DNA of 64,000 nucleotides from Carpediemonas membranifera BICM (taxonomy: Eukaryota > Protista > Fornicata). The stretch is taken from positions 1-64,000 of the forward strand of contig JAHDYR010000047.1 in the NCBI GenBank assembly GCA_019828565.1, written 5' to 3'. The stretch's first letter is position 1. The number at the start of each line of letters is the position of its first letter. Shown here piece after piece: positions 29,170-40,075 of this stretch. A program made the position numbers and the translations under genes. The notes under the pieces are model-generated. The model had not been told where the DNA came from. It searched no databases and saw nothing but the letters and a program-made list of their open reading frames with translations.

Positions 29170-32100
29170 ATGGCCACGTCTCAATCCGAAAAGTCCAACT
29201 CCCTTATTGGAGATATAACGGCAATTACTGCCTCTAATATCGCCGAAGGCACGCAGCTGTACGTCTGTGTCCGCTCTGTCCAGGAGCACAAGCTCTTGGT
29301 GAGCCTTCCATTCAGTTTGAGCGCTGTTGTTCGCAAGGAGACTCTTTCGGGCTTCCTTGAAGAAGGCGAGCAGCTTTCAGACAAGTTCTGTCAAGGCGAC
29401 ATCTTCCCCGCCGTCGTGAAGTCCACCAAGCCGCTTGAAGTGTCCATCCGTGACGCCGACCTCAAGGAGTCTCGTATCAACGGCATCCCCATCGTTGGAT
29501 CCACTGTCCGCGGCGTAATCACAAACTCCAGCAGCATTGGCCACATCGTCATGATCACCGGCGAAAACTCATGCGGCGCCGTCCTCCACGCTGCCCACGC
29601 GGCCCACACCAAGTACAACAGCAACGAGCAGAAGTTCCGTGTAATTGCCGTGATGCACGGCCAGGTATACGTCTCGGATCACCCCCATCTCCTCAAGGGC
29701 GTCGTCCCCACCCTCGCGCTCAGACCTGGCCACATATTCATCGGCAGCGAGGAAGACGAGTCCGTCGACATTGCTGCGGCCCATGTGATGGAGGGCACGG
29801 TCACTGTGACGGACTACGTGAGCCGCAGAGGCCTGTTTGTGTCCATTTCTCTCGGAGACAGCACTATCCGCGGCCTCGTGCCCCGTAACATGCTCGCCAA
29901 CGCCCACGCTGCCGGTACCACCATCACTTGCCGTGTAGTCCGCATCCACGCCATTGACGGTAGCGTGGAGCTCACCACTCTCCCCGACCACCTTAGCGCT
30001 CCTCTGTTCAAGCTCAATGACGCCATCCCCGGCCTCAAAGTCAGTGGCGTCCCCACCCGGGCTGATGAAAAGAACCGGTTCGTCGAGGTCAAGCTAGCCG
30101 ACAACATCACCGGCCGTATTCTCTCAGTACACCTCCCCAAGGCCCCCAAGGTCTTCGTCCGCGAGGCCCGGGGCAGGGCAAGACCCATGCGCATCCTCCA
30201 CTCAGACATGGCCACTGGCGCCATCCTTCTGACAGCCCTGCCCGACCTCCTTGCCGCCGAGACAGTATGGGCCAAGGCCGAGGACGCAGACACAGAGACT
30301 GTGGCCACCGCATGGGTCCAGCGCATTGACGCCAAGGTCGGCGCGATCATCCGCTTCTTTGGTCAGCTCTCTGGTCATGTCCCTCGGGACTGGATGGGCG
30401 AGGCCGACCTCGCTCCCGGTGACGTTATCGACGTCGTTAAGGTCAGCGCTGATAAGAAGGGCAGGCTGCTGTGCCGTTTGGCTGACTCTTCCGCGGGCGA
30501 CCTCAGCGTGGTTGAGCCCCTCGATGCTGACACTTTCGAGGATATCATGGCCGCCGCTTACGAGAATTGGGACGATTCTGAGCCCGTCCACGCCGCCTGT
30601 GGGGAGCAGGGAACCTTCCACGCTCTCACCCTCGTCGCGGGTGGGGTTCTCGGGTACGTCAAAGGCGTCCACGAGGTCGATGCGCCTGATGCCGAGGGAG
30701 AAGAGCAGGACGAAGCCATGGACAGTGAGGCCGAGGAGTCTGAGACCGACTCTGATTCCGACTCCGACTCCAGTGGCGATGAGGACGATGATGATGAGGC
30801 CGCCCCCATTGTCGCCCCCGCCTTCCTTCCCGCCGGCCACCTCGCAGACACTCTCTCCGAGTGCCAGCAGCTGTTCGAGAACCTCGACGTAACTGGCCTC
30901 ACTCTTCCCGTGACGACGGTTCGGCCCATCTCCGGGGCCAGGATCCCGGTAACTCTGGTCAGCGCCAAGGCCGGGATGACGACCGCGAGTTCCACTGCTG
31001 AGGTCGGTGCCAAGTTCTCGGGCTTCGTCTCTCGCTACGATGCTTATCACATTGTCGTTGAGGGCATCAACGGGGCAACTGGACTCATCTCGATGAACCA
31101 GCTCGGAAACAGGGCCCGCGCCACCAAGGCCTTCCCCATCAACTCCATCGTCATCGCTACAGTCGTGTCAGTCGACGACAAGAAGACTAGACTCACCATT
31201 GAGACCCCCCCGCCCCAGCTCGGCGAGGTTGTGCCTTGCAGGGTCACCCGAGTCTACTCTGGCTGGCTAATGGTTAAGGTTGGGCGGACTACCGGCAGAT
31301 GCCACATCACTGACGTATCAGATATCGCTACCGACCATCCCACGAAAGATCTGATCGGATCTGTGCGGCAGGGTAAGGTAATCGCCCAGGCAGAGGGCCA
31401 GAACCCGCTCAGAGTAAGCTTCAGAGACAGCGACACGGGCCTCAAGACCCACGCTCACGAGCAGGGCGCCAAGTTCCCCAAGCCCACGAAGCAGCCAGCC
31501 AAGGGTGATAAGGTCTACGGTTACGTCGTCGCAGTCAACTCCAAGGGCAAGGGGGCCGGCGTTTACGTGAGCATCGCCCCCGACGTCACCGGCAAGGTCA
31601 TGCTGAAGAACATCGCTGACTGCTACATCAAGGACGCCGCTGCCGTGGTTAAGGAGGGCAAGATGGTCCAGGTCTTGGTCAAGGGAGTCAACCCGAGAGG
31701 TCTGGACCTTTCGATGAAGACCAGCGATGGCGTGGCTAATAAGCTGCCTGCCATGAAATCCAAGCAGGGCCAGCCCCAGCCTGAGCCAATCGCCCAGTCG
31801 GAGAACGAGTCTGAATCCGAGAGCGAAGAAGAAGAAGAGCCCAACTCCGAGTCCGACGATGAGGAGGAGATCCCAACCATGGAGCTCGTCGACGAGGCTG
31901 AGTCAGAAGAGGACGAGCCCGAATCCAAGCCCGCCCCCGCATCCATCGAAGGCGCCCCCACCACTGAGGACGAGTGGCAGCGCACCCTCCACGCTGAGGC
32001 GTCATCCCCCTTCCGGTGGATCCAGTACGTCGCATGGACTGGCGAGAACAAGGGCCTGCCCGCCGCTTTCGAGGTGGCTAAAACTGCGATCTCCCGCCTG

Positions 32101-32787
32101 ACTGATATGAAGTCAAGGCAGACGCTGTGGACGGCTGGGTGGAACCTGGTGTCCGAGATGGACGGTCCCAGCCCTGCTGGAGCTAGCATGACCGCTTGGC
32201 TGGCCGAGGGCGAGAAGTACTCTCCCGTCGCCGTGTTCGCGCACATCCTGTCCAATTTGATTGGGTCGGCCGCGTTTGATGAGTATGTGCAGCACATGAG
32301 GGCCGTCAAGAGCCTTAGAAGACTCAATCACGAGATCGCTATCCAGAAGCTCGTGTACAGACACAACCTCAAGACTGACGGCCCGACTCCGTTGACAGTC
32401 GACGACTTGACCGCTTCCCACACAAAGTGGTCACGCGATACAGCATGCAGGTTCATCAAGGACTGCGCTGTGATCGACTTTGAGTCAAAACACGCCGAGG
32501 CTGGCCGTGCCAAGATCGAGCATCTCATGAACCACCAGCCTGGCCGTCTTGGCGAGACTGCCATGGCTGCTGCCGAGCTCGAGCGGGCGTATGGTGGCAA
32601 GGGCGGCCTCCTCAGCGCATATGCGCTTCTCCAGCGTGCGTTTGAGGCGTCTGCCGGCACTGGGGCTCGGGATCGTGCCCTCTGGCAGGCCTGGCATGAC
32701 GTCGCGGTGGAGCTGAACGATCCTGAGCGCGTTACGGCTGTTATTAAGAAGAAGCTACAGGATGGAGAGGAGAGCGACGAGGAATAA
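29170..32787 (+). CDS. RRP5: rRNA biogenesis protein Rrp5 (S1 repeats plus C-terminal HAT)
   Basis: Multiple S1-like repeats (e.g. GRCHITDVSD), acidic linker, SS..WIQY HAT region. Confidence 0.8.
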   Translation: MATSQSEKSNSLIGDITAITASNIAEGTQLYVCVRSVQEHKLLVSLPFSLSAVVRKETLSGFLEEGEQLSDKFCQGDIFPAVVKSTKPLEVSIRDADLKESRINGIPIVGSTVRGVITNSSSIGHIVMITGENSCGAVLHAAHAAHTKYNSNEQKFRVIAVMHGQVYVSDHPHLLKGVVPTLALRPGHIFIGSEEDESVDIAAAHVMEGTVTVTDYVSRRGLFVSISLGDSTIRGLVPRNMLANAHAAGTTITCRVVRIHAIDGSVELTTLPDHLSAPLFKLNDAIPGLKVSGVPTRADEKNRFVEVKLADNITGRILSVHLPKAPKVFVREARGRARPMRILHSDMATGAILLTALPDLLAAETVWAKAEDADTETVATAWVQRIDAKVGAIIRFFGQLSGHVPRDWMGEADLAPGDVIDVVKVSADKKGRLLCRLADSSAGDLSVVEPLDADTFEDIMAAAYENWDDSEPVHAACGEQGTFHALTLVAGGVLGYVKGVHEVDAPDAEGEEQDEAMDSEAEESETDSDSDSDSSGDEDDDDEAAPIVAPAFLPAGHLADTLSECQQLFENLDVTGLTLPVTTVRPISGARIPVTLVSAKAGMTTASSTAEVGAKFSGFVSRYDAYHIVVEGINGATGLISMNQLGNRARATKAFPINSIVIATVVSVDDKKTRLTIETPPPQLGEVVPCRVTRVYSGWLMVKVGRTTGRCHITDVSDIATDHPTKDLIGSVRQGKVIAQAEGQNPLRVSFRDSDTGLKTHAHEQGAKFPKPTKQPAKGDKVYGYVVAVNSKGKGAGVYVSIAPDVTGKVMLKNIADCYIKDAAAVVKEGKMVQVLVKGVNPRGLDLSMKTSDGVANKLPAMKSKQGQPQPEPIAQSENESESESEEEEEPNSESDDEEEIPTMELVDEAESEEDEPESKPAPASIEGAPTTEDEWQRTLHAEASSPFRWIQYVAWTGENKGLPAAFEVAKTAISRLTDMKSRQTLWTAGWNLVSEMDGPSPAGASMTAWLAEGEKYSPVAVFAHILSNLIGSAAFDEYVQHMRAVKSLRRLNHEIAIQKLVYRHNLKTDGPTPLTVDDLTASHTKWSRDTACRFIKDCAVIDFESKHAEAGRAKIEHLMNHQPGRLGETAMAAAELERAYGGKGGLLSAYALLQRAFEASAGTGARDRALWQAWHDVAVELNDPERVTAVIKKKLQDGEESDEE

Positions 32788-32866
32788 ACAACGGATTATA
32801 GTCAGCACGGAGATTTTTTTATTTATTTTTGAATCTGAAGAAGACTGGACTCATCACGTTTCACCT

Positions 32867-34096
32867 TTATTGTTTAATCCTGGAAACGATGAGGGGCATC
32901 ACTCTGTCGCCCGGGAAGCGCCCCATATCACCCTTCGCACACTCCTTTTCTGTGTACGCCGTGACTGCATCAGCTGATGCGACCGGGTCACAGTATACAA
33001 AGGGAACGCTCTCGAAAGAATGGTCCTTCTTAATGCATGGCGTGGAGTGATCCCCAGAGAGCACCAGGACGACATCATTCCTCTCGAGAAGCGGGGCGAT
33101 GGCTGCGTCAACCCGTTCAATCTGCCTGACCTTCTCGTGAGAGTCGCCTTCATGTGATGCATCATCGATACCCTTGAAATGGACAAATACAAAATCATAC
33201 TCGTCTAGTGCGTCAAGAACAGCGGCGACCTTCACTTTGAAATCTGAGTCCATGCCGCCAGTCGCCTCCTTGGGAAGCTTGGGCAGGTCGAAGCCGACAG
33301 ACTCGGCAACACCTCTGATGATAGCGGTTGGGGCGATCACTGCGCCCTTGATGCCGTATTTCTCGGCCACGGGCGGCGTTGGGGCGAGAGAGCCTGGGCC
33401 TCGGAACAGTACGAGGTTCGCCGGGTTCTTTCCCCGGGCACGCCGCTCGACGTTGATGGGGTGGGTCTCTAGCTTACGTGTCACCTCCTTAGTCAGCGTG
33501 TTGAGAGCATCAGCCGTCTTTCTGGCCTCAGCGGTCGAGTCAAGCGGCTCAGACACACACAGCGGCCTGTCGTCAACCAGCGGGTCGGTCCCAGTTATCT
33601 TGTCACTCAACCCGGGTCCTACAATAGCCACAGCACACCTGTGCTCTGTGGTGTACATTACCTTGATGGAAAGATCGGGGAAACCGGGAATGACAGTTCC
33701 ATCAAGGAGCCCGGCGAGGATAGGGCCCTCGTGCTCGAATGACCGGTCGGCACGGCGCTTAGTGACCGTAGTGCCCTCGATGGTGGCAAAGTTTGACTTG
33801 AAAGCGACGTCTTGTGGGGTGATTCTCATGCCTGCTCCAAGCGTCTCATAGCAACCACGGCCAACGTAATACTGTTCAGGAGGATACCCAAAGAGGTTCA
33901 GATGCGCAGTATCACTCCCGCAAGCTTTCCCGGGCGCTACAGGATCAACCATGCCGCACACTCCTCTGGCAGCTATGGCATCGAGGTTCGGCGTCTTTGC
34001 GATCTCCAAAGGGGTCCTTCCCTTCCATTCCGAGGGCTCTTGGAGCGGGCAATCGCCAACTCCGTCCAACAGCAGATAAACTACCTTCATTCCCAT
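32867..34096 (-). CDS. apgM: 2,3-BPG-independent phosphoglycerate mutase, ApgM (archaeal) type
   Basis: LLDGVGD, TPLE.A.TPNLD, GSDTAHL, GRG..E, HFKGIDDASH, GDHSTP. Confidence 0.92.
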   Translation of the reverse strand: MGMKVVYLLLDGVGDCPLQEPSEWKGRTPLEIAKTPNLDAIAARGVCGMVDPVAPGKACGSDTAHLNLFGYPPEQYYVGRGCYETLGAGMRITPQDVAFKSNFATIEGTTVTKRRADRSFEHEGPILAGLLDGTVIPGFPDLSIKVMYTTEHRCAVAIVGPGLSDKITGTDPLVDDRPLCVSEPLDSTAEARKTADALNTLTKEVTRKLETHPINVERRARGKNPANLVLFRGPGSLAPTPPVAEKYGIKGAVIAPTAIIRGVAESVGFDLPKLPKEATGGMDSDFKVKVAAVLDALDEYDFVFVHFKGIDDASHEGDSHEKVRQIERVDAAIAPLLERNDVVLVLSGDHSTPCIKKDHSFESVPFVYCDPVASADAVTAYTEKECAKGDMGRFPGDRVMPLIVSRIKQ

Positions 34097-34166
34097 TCGT
34101 CTTTCGTTTTGTCGTTCTTCCTACGACAAGCAATAGACACGAAGCTTTACCTATACACACACGCGC

Positions 34167-34895
34167 TCAGTCCGACAGCTCGCTATGGTACCCCTGGTCC
34201 CCCCGAACTGAGCCGGGCATCGGTTCCCAAGTCGCTGCCAGTTGGATGGAGGGTGCCCACTCAGCGCTGTCGATGCCTCTAAACGGTGCCGACGGGATCG
34301 CTGCAGCAGTAGGGAGCTCAAGGTCAGTGTGAGTGTTCCTCAGCCGATCGATTGTTACCAGCTGTGTGTACAACTGATGAGCAATGGCGACTGCGAAGCG
34401 GGAGTCCAGCCCTAGGTCCGAGGCCAGTGTGGTGGCGAAGGGAACGGGGTGGTTGTTCGGATCGTTGGTGTCCCACAGAACCTTGTCCGTTAGATGGAAG
34501 CCATCCATCCAAATATCAAGGCCGAGGGCGTGGTAGCGCTCGCCAGCGGCAGAGTCGAAGCGGTAGGGGATGAACGCTTCGATCTGGGCGTTAAGCTGCT
34601 CCAGGAGCGCGGAGTCGAAGGACGACGGGAGATCGTGGTCGTCACAGAGTCGGGTGATGAACTCCTGGGGCGTCAAATTGGACTCACTGGCTTTCCAGAA
34701 GAAGAAGTCCTTGAACTGAGTATCGCCGAGCTCCACATTGAGGTGTACCGGGATCAAATCATTGTCCAGCTCCAAGCGAGGGCCTTTGGGCGGCGGCGCC
34801 TTTTCTGTAGATATCGGTATTTGTGGCTGTACTTCAGCTTCTATGATGGGCGCAACAGGGATTGGAGGCGCTTCCACTGACAGCATTGGTTGCAT
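34167..34895 (-). CDS. SNF5: SNF5/SMARCB1 (Sfh1)-like chromatin remodelling subunit
   Basis: LIPVHL..KDFFFW..TPQEF..LCDD; second repeat LTDKVLWD..FATTLASDLGL..IAH. Confidence 0.88.
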   Translation of the reverse strand: MQPMLSVEAPPIPVAPIIEAEVQPQIPISTEKAPPPKGPRLELDNDLIPVHLNVELGDTQFKDFFFWKASESNLTPQEFITRLCDDHDLPSSFDSALLEQLNAQIEAFIPYRFDSAAGERYHALGLDIWMDGFHLTDKVLWDTNDPNNHPVPFATTLASDLGLDSRFAVAIAHQLYTQLVTIDRLRNTHTDLELPTAAAIPSAPFRGIDSAEWAPSIQLAATWEPMPGSVRGDQGYHSELSD

Positions 34896-35176
34896 TGCCG
34901 AGTCATAAAGTCGGGTCGAAGGGAGCAGGCCGCGAGGACAGCCTGGTAGCTACAGGCTAGCGCGAGAGGTGATGATACTAGCCGGGCGTTTTCTAAAACT
35001 GTGATCCGATTGCATTTTGACCCGACATGCTGGCAGAGAACAGCGGCCCATAATCTGAGCAAGCGAGACCCACCATAGCCGTCGTTATGCCATCTAAGAC
35101 ACATTTGGGATGTAACATGGTCTGGCGTCTGGACAACTTCGCCCGAGTTGCCTTCCAAAACTCGAAGAAACGAACA

Positions 35177-37297
35177 ATGAAGGTCTGGATTAGTAATTTG
35201 GATACCCTTGCTGGCAGAGCGCTTACCCGCTCGTTTTTCTTCATCGGGGCCGAAGTTGCTGGCACAATTCTTAACGAAGATGACCGTTCACTGATCGACG
35301 AACGCGTGCAGGAAATTTACGAGCCTTCTGACGACGATGACTTCCTTGCAAGAGTTATTGATTGCTCTGTGATCATCTCCTCGCTCCACGACCCTGAAAG
35401 AGCCGTCTCCCTTGCAGAACACATCGCAGAGTTTGCCCCAGACAAAATACTCATCACTCTGTCGACAATCATGACGTGGGCCAACACACAGCCCTACGAG
35501 CAGCCAGTGAAGGACGCGCTCGACGAGGAGGAAGAGGAGGAACCCGAGGAAGAAGACGAGGAGGAAGAAGGCACGCCCAAGGAAGAAAAGAAGCCCGTTC
35601 TCGGCATATCTGAGGATCACTACCTCGACAGGAAGCCCCACCCCGCGTACACTGCGCACCTCTCAGCCGAGCGCCGCATAGCCCGCAAGTACAGGGACGG
35701 TCTCCCCGGATTCATCGTCGCATCGGGCATACTCTACGGCGCTGGCGAGGACTCTCTCCACAGCATGTTCAAAGCAGCCTGGGAGGGCGGCGTGGTGTCA
35801 GTTGCCACCCCCTCTGACCGCATCCTGCCACTTATTCATTCCACTGACTTTGCCAACACCGTGGTTGCAGCCACTCGGGACCCCCCCGAAGGCCACTACA
35901 TCCTTGCTACCGACACGAAGCTGTACACTGCCAGGGCTGTGGCTGATGCAATCGTCGACCGTCTGGGCGTGGGCTCGGCTGTCGAGGAGGTTCCCATGGA
36001 CGCCGCCCTCGTCGCCGGGATGCCGCTCCCCCTCTCAGTTGACATCAACGTCTTCCCCGGCTTCGTCAACGAGCTCAACATCCCCCGAGTCGCACCCGAG
36101 GGCTTCGTTCCCGCGATTAACACCGCAGCGGACGAATACCTCCACTGCCGCGGCCTGGAGCCCCTGTGTGTTTACATCACTGGCCAGCCCGGCATCGGAA
36201 AGACCACCACAGCTGAGATGGTTGCTACTGAGTATGGCCTGACGCACCTTAACCTGCCCACCATCCTTGCACAGGTGTCCGAGAGAGCAGACAAGGTGGG
36301 GGTTCAAACCAAGGCCCTGCTCGACCAGAAGAAGCGCATACCCGCGGAGCAGCTGGCAGTGATTGTGCGTCACTACATGGTCCATACGCCCGCCGTCGTC
36401 GAGCGGGGTTACGTGCTCGACGGCTACCCGAAGACTGCTGCTGAGGCCAAGGCACTGTTTACTGTGCCCCATAACACTGTTAGCCTGGACGCTGGCGAGC
36501 AAAGGGCATGGGAGGAAGAACAGGAGGCCCTTCGCGAGGAGGAGGTGGAGGAAGAAGAAGAAGAAGACGAGGACGAAGACAAGGAGCCGAGCGACCTCAA
36601 CGGCGCTGCTATGGCTGTCTCCGCACGCACGAAGAAGTGCGTAGCCCTTCCTACCATCGCCATCAAGCTCATTGCTGCCCCTGATGTCGCCAAGAACCGC
36701 GTGATGAGCATCCCCAAGAAGGACACTGTCGGTACTCACCACAACGAAAAGGATCACGGTCGCAGAACGACGCTTTATGCCGACAACTGCGGGCCCTCAG
36801 ACGGGACGGAGGCTAAAGGCCCCCTGGCCGCTGTAGCTGAGCTCGGTAGCCGGTTTGTGTGCATTGACGCCTCGAACGAGGACCCCGAGGTTGTCGCTAA
36901 GGCGATGGTGGACGCTATCGGTGTCGCGCATGTTTACCAGCCGACCAGGGCCGAGCTCGAGGCGAAGGAGCGGGAGGAGGAGGCCAAGCGGCAGGCAGCA
37001 CGGGAAGCTGACGAAAAGGCCGCTGCTGAAGAGCAAGCGCGGTTCGAGCAAGAGATTGAAGAGGCTCGCCGCAGCAACGCCGTCCGTCGGGACAAGATTA
37101 TCGAGGCCGAGCAGGCCGAGCTCGAAGCTTGTGCAACCCCACTCATTCAATATCTCGACAACACCGTGATGAACATTGTCACAGAGGGCTTGAAGCAGGT
37201 AGCGGCCGAGCGGCCCGAGAACCCCATCCGCGCACTCGGTGAGTATCTGTTCCGACACGTACCCACGGGAAACGGGTACCCCGACGAGGAGATGTAA
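35177..37297 (+). CDS. AK7: Adenylate kinase 7-like (NAD-epimerase-like N-terminus, AK domain, Dpy-30)
   Basis: STIMTWA, RKPHP, GILYG.GE, GQPGIGKT, GYVLDGYP, C-terminal RPENPI..LGEYLF. Confidence 0.9.
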   Translation: MKVWISNLDTLAGRALTRSFFFIGAEVAGTILNEDDRSLIDERVQEIYEPSDDDDFLARVIDCSVIISSLHDPERAVSLAEHIAEFAPDKILITLSTIMTWANTQPYEQPVKDALDEEEEEEPEEEDEEEEGTPKEEKKPVLGISEDHYLDRKPHPAYTAHLSAERRIARKYRDGLPGFIVASGILYGAGEDSLHSMFKAAWEGGVVSVATPSDRILPLIHSTDFANTVVAATRDPPEGHYILATDTKLYTARAVADAIVDRLGVGSAVEEVPMDAALVAGMPLPLSVDINVFPGFVNELNIPRVAPEGFVPAINTAADEYLHCRGLEPLCVYITGQPGIGKTTTAEMVATEYGLTHLNLPTILAQVSERADKVGVQTKALLDQKKRIPAEQLAVIVRHYMVHTPAVVERGYVLDGYPKTAAEAKALFTVPHNTVSLDAGEQRAWEEEQEALREEEVEEEEEEDEDEDKEPSDLNGAAMAVSARTKKCVALPTIAIKLIAAPDVAKNRVMSIPKKDTVGTHHNEKDHGRRTTLYADNCGPSDGTEAKGPLAAVAELGSRFVCIDASNEDPEVVAKAMVDAIGVAHVYQPTRAELEAKEREEEAKRQAAREADEKAAAEEQARFEQEIEEARRSNAVRRDKIIEAEQAELEACATPLIQYLDNTVMNIVTEGLKQVAAERPENPIRALGEYLFRHVPTGNGYPDEEM

Positions 37298-38084
37298 AGC
37301 TAGGATCATGGGGTGATGGCACTGCTATGGTGGAGCTTGATGATGACCCGGTGGGAGTCATGCTGTGTGGCATCTGACGATGTCATCATTGAGCCAGATG
37401 CGACAAAACTGAAGCTTTCAAGAGGTGAAAAGACATGGATAATGAAGAATTGCAAGGCACCACTTTACTGTCTGCGTCATCCTCATTCATCATTTGGCTC
37501 TCTATTCAGCAGGTTCCTCGGGTGGCATCACAATAGAAACATCATTTTTCTTACCACCGCCAACACCAGTGCCTCCGTTAGCGTTTCCCATTGCTTCTTG
37601 TTTAAACGTGGATTGAAAGTGAGTTTCTTGCAAGAAAAAAAAATTGAGGTCACATCTGATCAGAAAAATCTCATGGTAACGATCTACCAGCTACCTTCCC
37701 AGCCAGACTACTAGTTCTTGGTCCCTGCTTCTGAAGGTACGTTAGAGTGGTCCGATCGTCTGACCCGATCTTATCATTCTTGGCTGTGCCGCGCTGCATG
37801 TTTTGCTCCCTCAACTCGGATGGCGTGAGGGTTGTATCATATATATATGTATATAGGCGTGCTTCAGGCCGGCCATCTTACCCGATGATGCAATGGCAGT
37901 CAGAGGCTCCACCTGCTGTCTCAGAGGGTAGGGGGTATCGGCATCAGAAACAAGTGGTTCGCGGAGATTAATTGGGATGAGATGCTGTGGTGTAGTGCAG
38001 CAGCTTAACAAATGTCTAGGTCTCTCCCGTGTGTGGACGGCGAGGCTCATTAACGAGAGAAATGGATTGGTGATTGCCCATCTG

Positions 38085-38140
38085 CCACAGGAAACGGGGA
38101 TCCTGATGAGGAGATGTAAAGCCAGGGTCATGAGGTGATG
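38085..38140 (+). repeat. Diverged duplicate of the AK7 3' end (37263-37318)
   Basis: ccac.ggaaacggg..cc.ga.gaggagatgtaaagc.agg.tcatg.ggtgatg. Confidence 0.8.
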
Positions 38141-38170
38141 ACTTCATGGAGCCGCTGTGAGCTGGTCATA

Positions 38171-38460
38171 GCACTGGCCTTCTTGGTTCTGTATCTTGAG
38201 AATAGTAATGCAACGATCTTGGAGCTTTCAGGAGAAAGGCGCGAATAGTGATGAATTACAAAGGTCTACTTTACTTCCTACGCACTGAATCCTCATTCAT
38301 TCATCATCTTTCAGATTTAGAGTGAGCCTTCATCAGGGGTCTCTTCATTTTCGCTATGATCCAGTATAGAACCCGGCGTTCCAGTAGGAATGCCGGAACC
38401 ACCGGTATTTCCAGAGTTTCCCATCGTTTTCTTCGATTGTGCAGGATAGCAATCTCGATC
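38171..38460. repeat. Repeat R, inverted copy of 13596-13894
   Basis: Direct sequence comparison. Confidence 0.9.
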
Positions 38461-38461
38461 T

Positions 38462-40075
38462 TGTGCTATTGAAGGGTCAAACAATGTGTTTATACTGCGC
38501 AACACTGCCCTGTCTCCCTCCTACTCACGTCTTAAGTCGGTAGGGAGATCGTATTCTCCAGGGCTTCCACAAAGCGTCTTCTTCGTGGACGTCAGCACAG
38601 CTGCAAACATCACAATCGCTCACACGTCATCTCATTGTCTTCTATTCCACATTAAATTCACTTCTACACTTGTATAGGCTGGTAATGGTGTTCATCGTCG
38701 GCTCTATATGTGTGCGTCTGGGCAATTGCAGACGGAGTGGAGACGTTGAGTGGCCTCATCAGCCACTTCAACGGGGAGTACTCGATGTCGCTCCGCCAGC
38801 CTCGCCTCGTGCCGATCGTGCCCATGGCCCCCGTCCGACCGGGCTTCATGGCCTACGGTGAAACGATGGGCCAACTGAACGAGAACTTCTGCCATCGTGT
38901 GGGAATTAATCCCACACTCCCACACGCCACCAAACCGTTGACAGAAGAGCAGGAGGAACAATACCAGAACAACCCAAGGTCAATGGGCCGTCTGCTCAGC
39001 CTGAGTACTGATGGGGTCTGTGTGGCGGTGACGGTTAAGCGAGGCGGCCGCTATCGGCCACAACATGATGCGAGCATGCCTGTTCGAAAGCGAGCGAAAT
39101 GGCGGGAGAAAGAGCGCCCCCGACTCGGGACCAATAATGCCGAGGCTCCGCCCGCGCCGGATCCTGATGCCCACCTCATGGGGTTCGACCCGGGCGCGAG
39201 GTCCATCGGAGGGTATTACATCAGGCACCCCGATGGCACCACCAGCTCCGGCGTCCTTCCAAAGTGCGGATACACTAAGACGCCAAGTTTCGGCTTTGAT
39301 ATGACGGCCGCGTCGTTCAAGAGCACAAGACTAGTGAGTATCAACAACTCTATTAGGTTTGTGCTGGACAACGCGAACGACATTTTCGAGGCTGGAATGC
39401 GTAAGTCTTTCCGCCGAGTGCGCTTTGCGAACCACATCCTTCGCCAGAAGCACTTCGCCCTCTGCGGCCAACAGTTGGCTCGGGAGTTCGGTTGGCGTGG
39501 CCACCATCCCATCGCCCCCCCCATTCGCCTGAAAGTCTTCTACGGGAGCTCGGGATTCACCGCGCCTGCTGGTATGTTCATTCCTTGCGCGCCATATCGA
39601 AAGTTTGCGAGAGAGATAGTTCCCCTTCTCAAGAGGTATAGCATTGTCGTCGATCTTAACATGGTTAACGAGGATCGCACCACCGTCGTCTGCCCTCACT
39701 GCCACGCCCCCTACAAGCGAGTTCGTCCGCGTGATGACCAGCACGTTCACCCACATCGTGTGATGCTCTGCGAAAATCCACAGTGCCGTGGTGCTCAGTG
39801 GCGCGCAACAGTTCCTGATGCTCTGAATGTTGATCATCGGGACAAGAGTGCTGCAGAGACATCCTGTGGCGTTCTCTTGCCACGGAAGATGAGCTCAGTG
39901 GCTCTCCGTTCAGTCGCACATCGATCCCGCGCCTTCCAACATCATTCCAGTATCATCAATTGGCTAACCGCCAACATTCGTCTACGGACGGATGATGTTG
40001 TACAGTTTGGCACTTTGATCGTTCCTTTTAGGCCCTGTCTGGGAGGTTCGAACAATGTGTTTATACTGCGCAACA
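38462..40075 (-). mobile_element. Non-autonomous mini-LTR element carrying an antisense Fanzor
   Basis: TG..CA direct repeats at 38462-38504 and 40036-40075 (last 25 bp identical); 5-bp TSD GATCT (38457-38461, 40076-40080); minus-strand PPT ggagggagacagggcag before TGTTG. Confidence 0.7.
38685..39995 (+). CDS. Fanzor copy 2; N-terminally truncated relative to copy 1, 1-nt frameshifts near 38710 and 39859
   Basis: VPMAPVRPGFM shared with copy 1; MGFDPG, VNEDRT, CPHC..CENPQC, HRDKSAAE; adding one A restores ENILW..SPF with stop at 39995. Confidence 0.85.

Noticed and set aside
38524-38600. Possible chromodomain remnant (EDALWKPW) next to the PPT of the Fanzor element
   Set aside because: Too short and frame-ambiguous to support.
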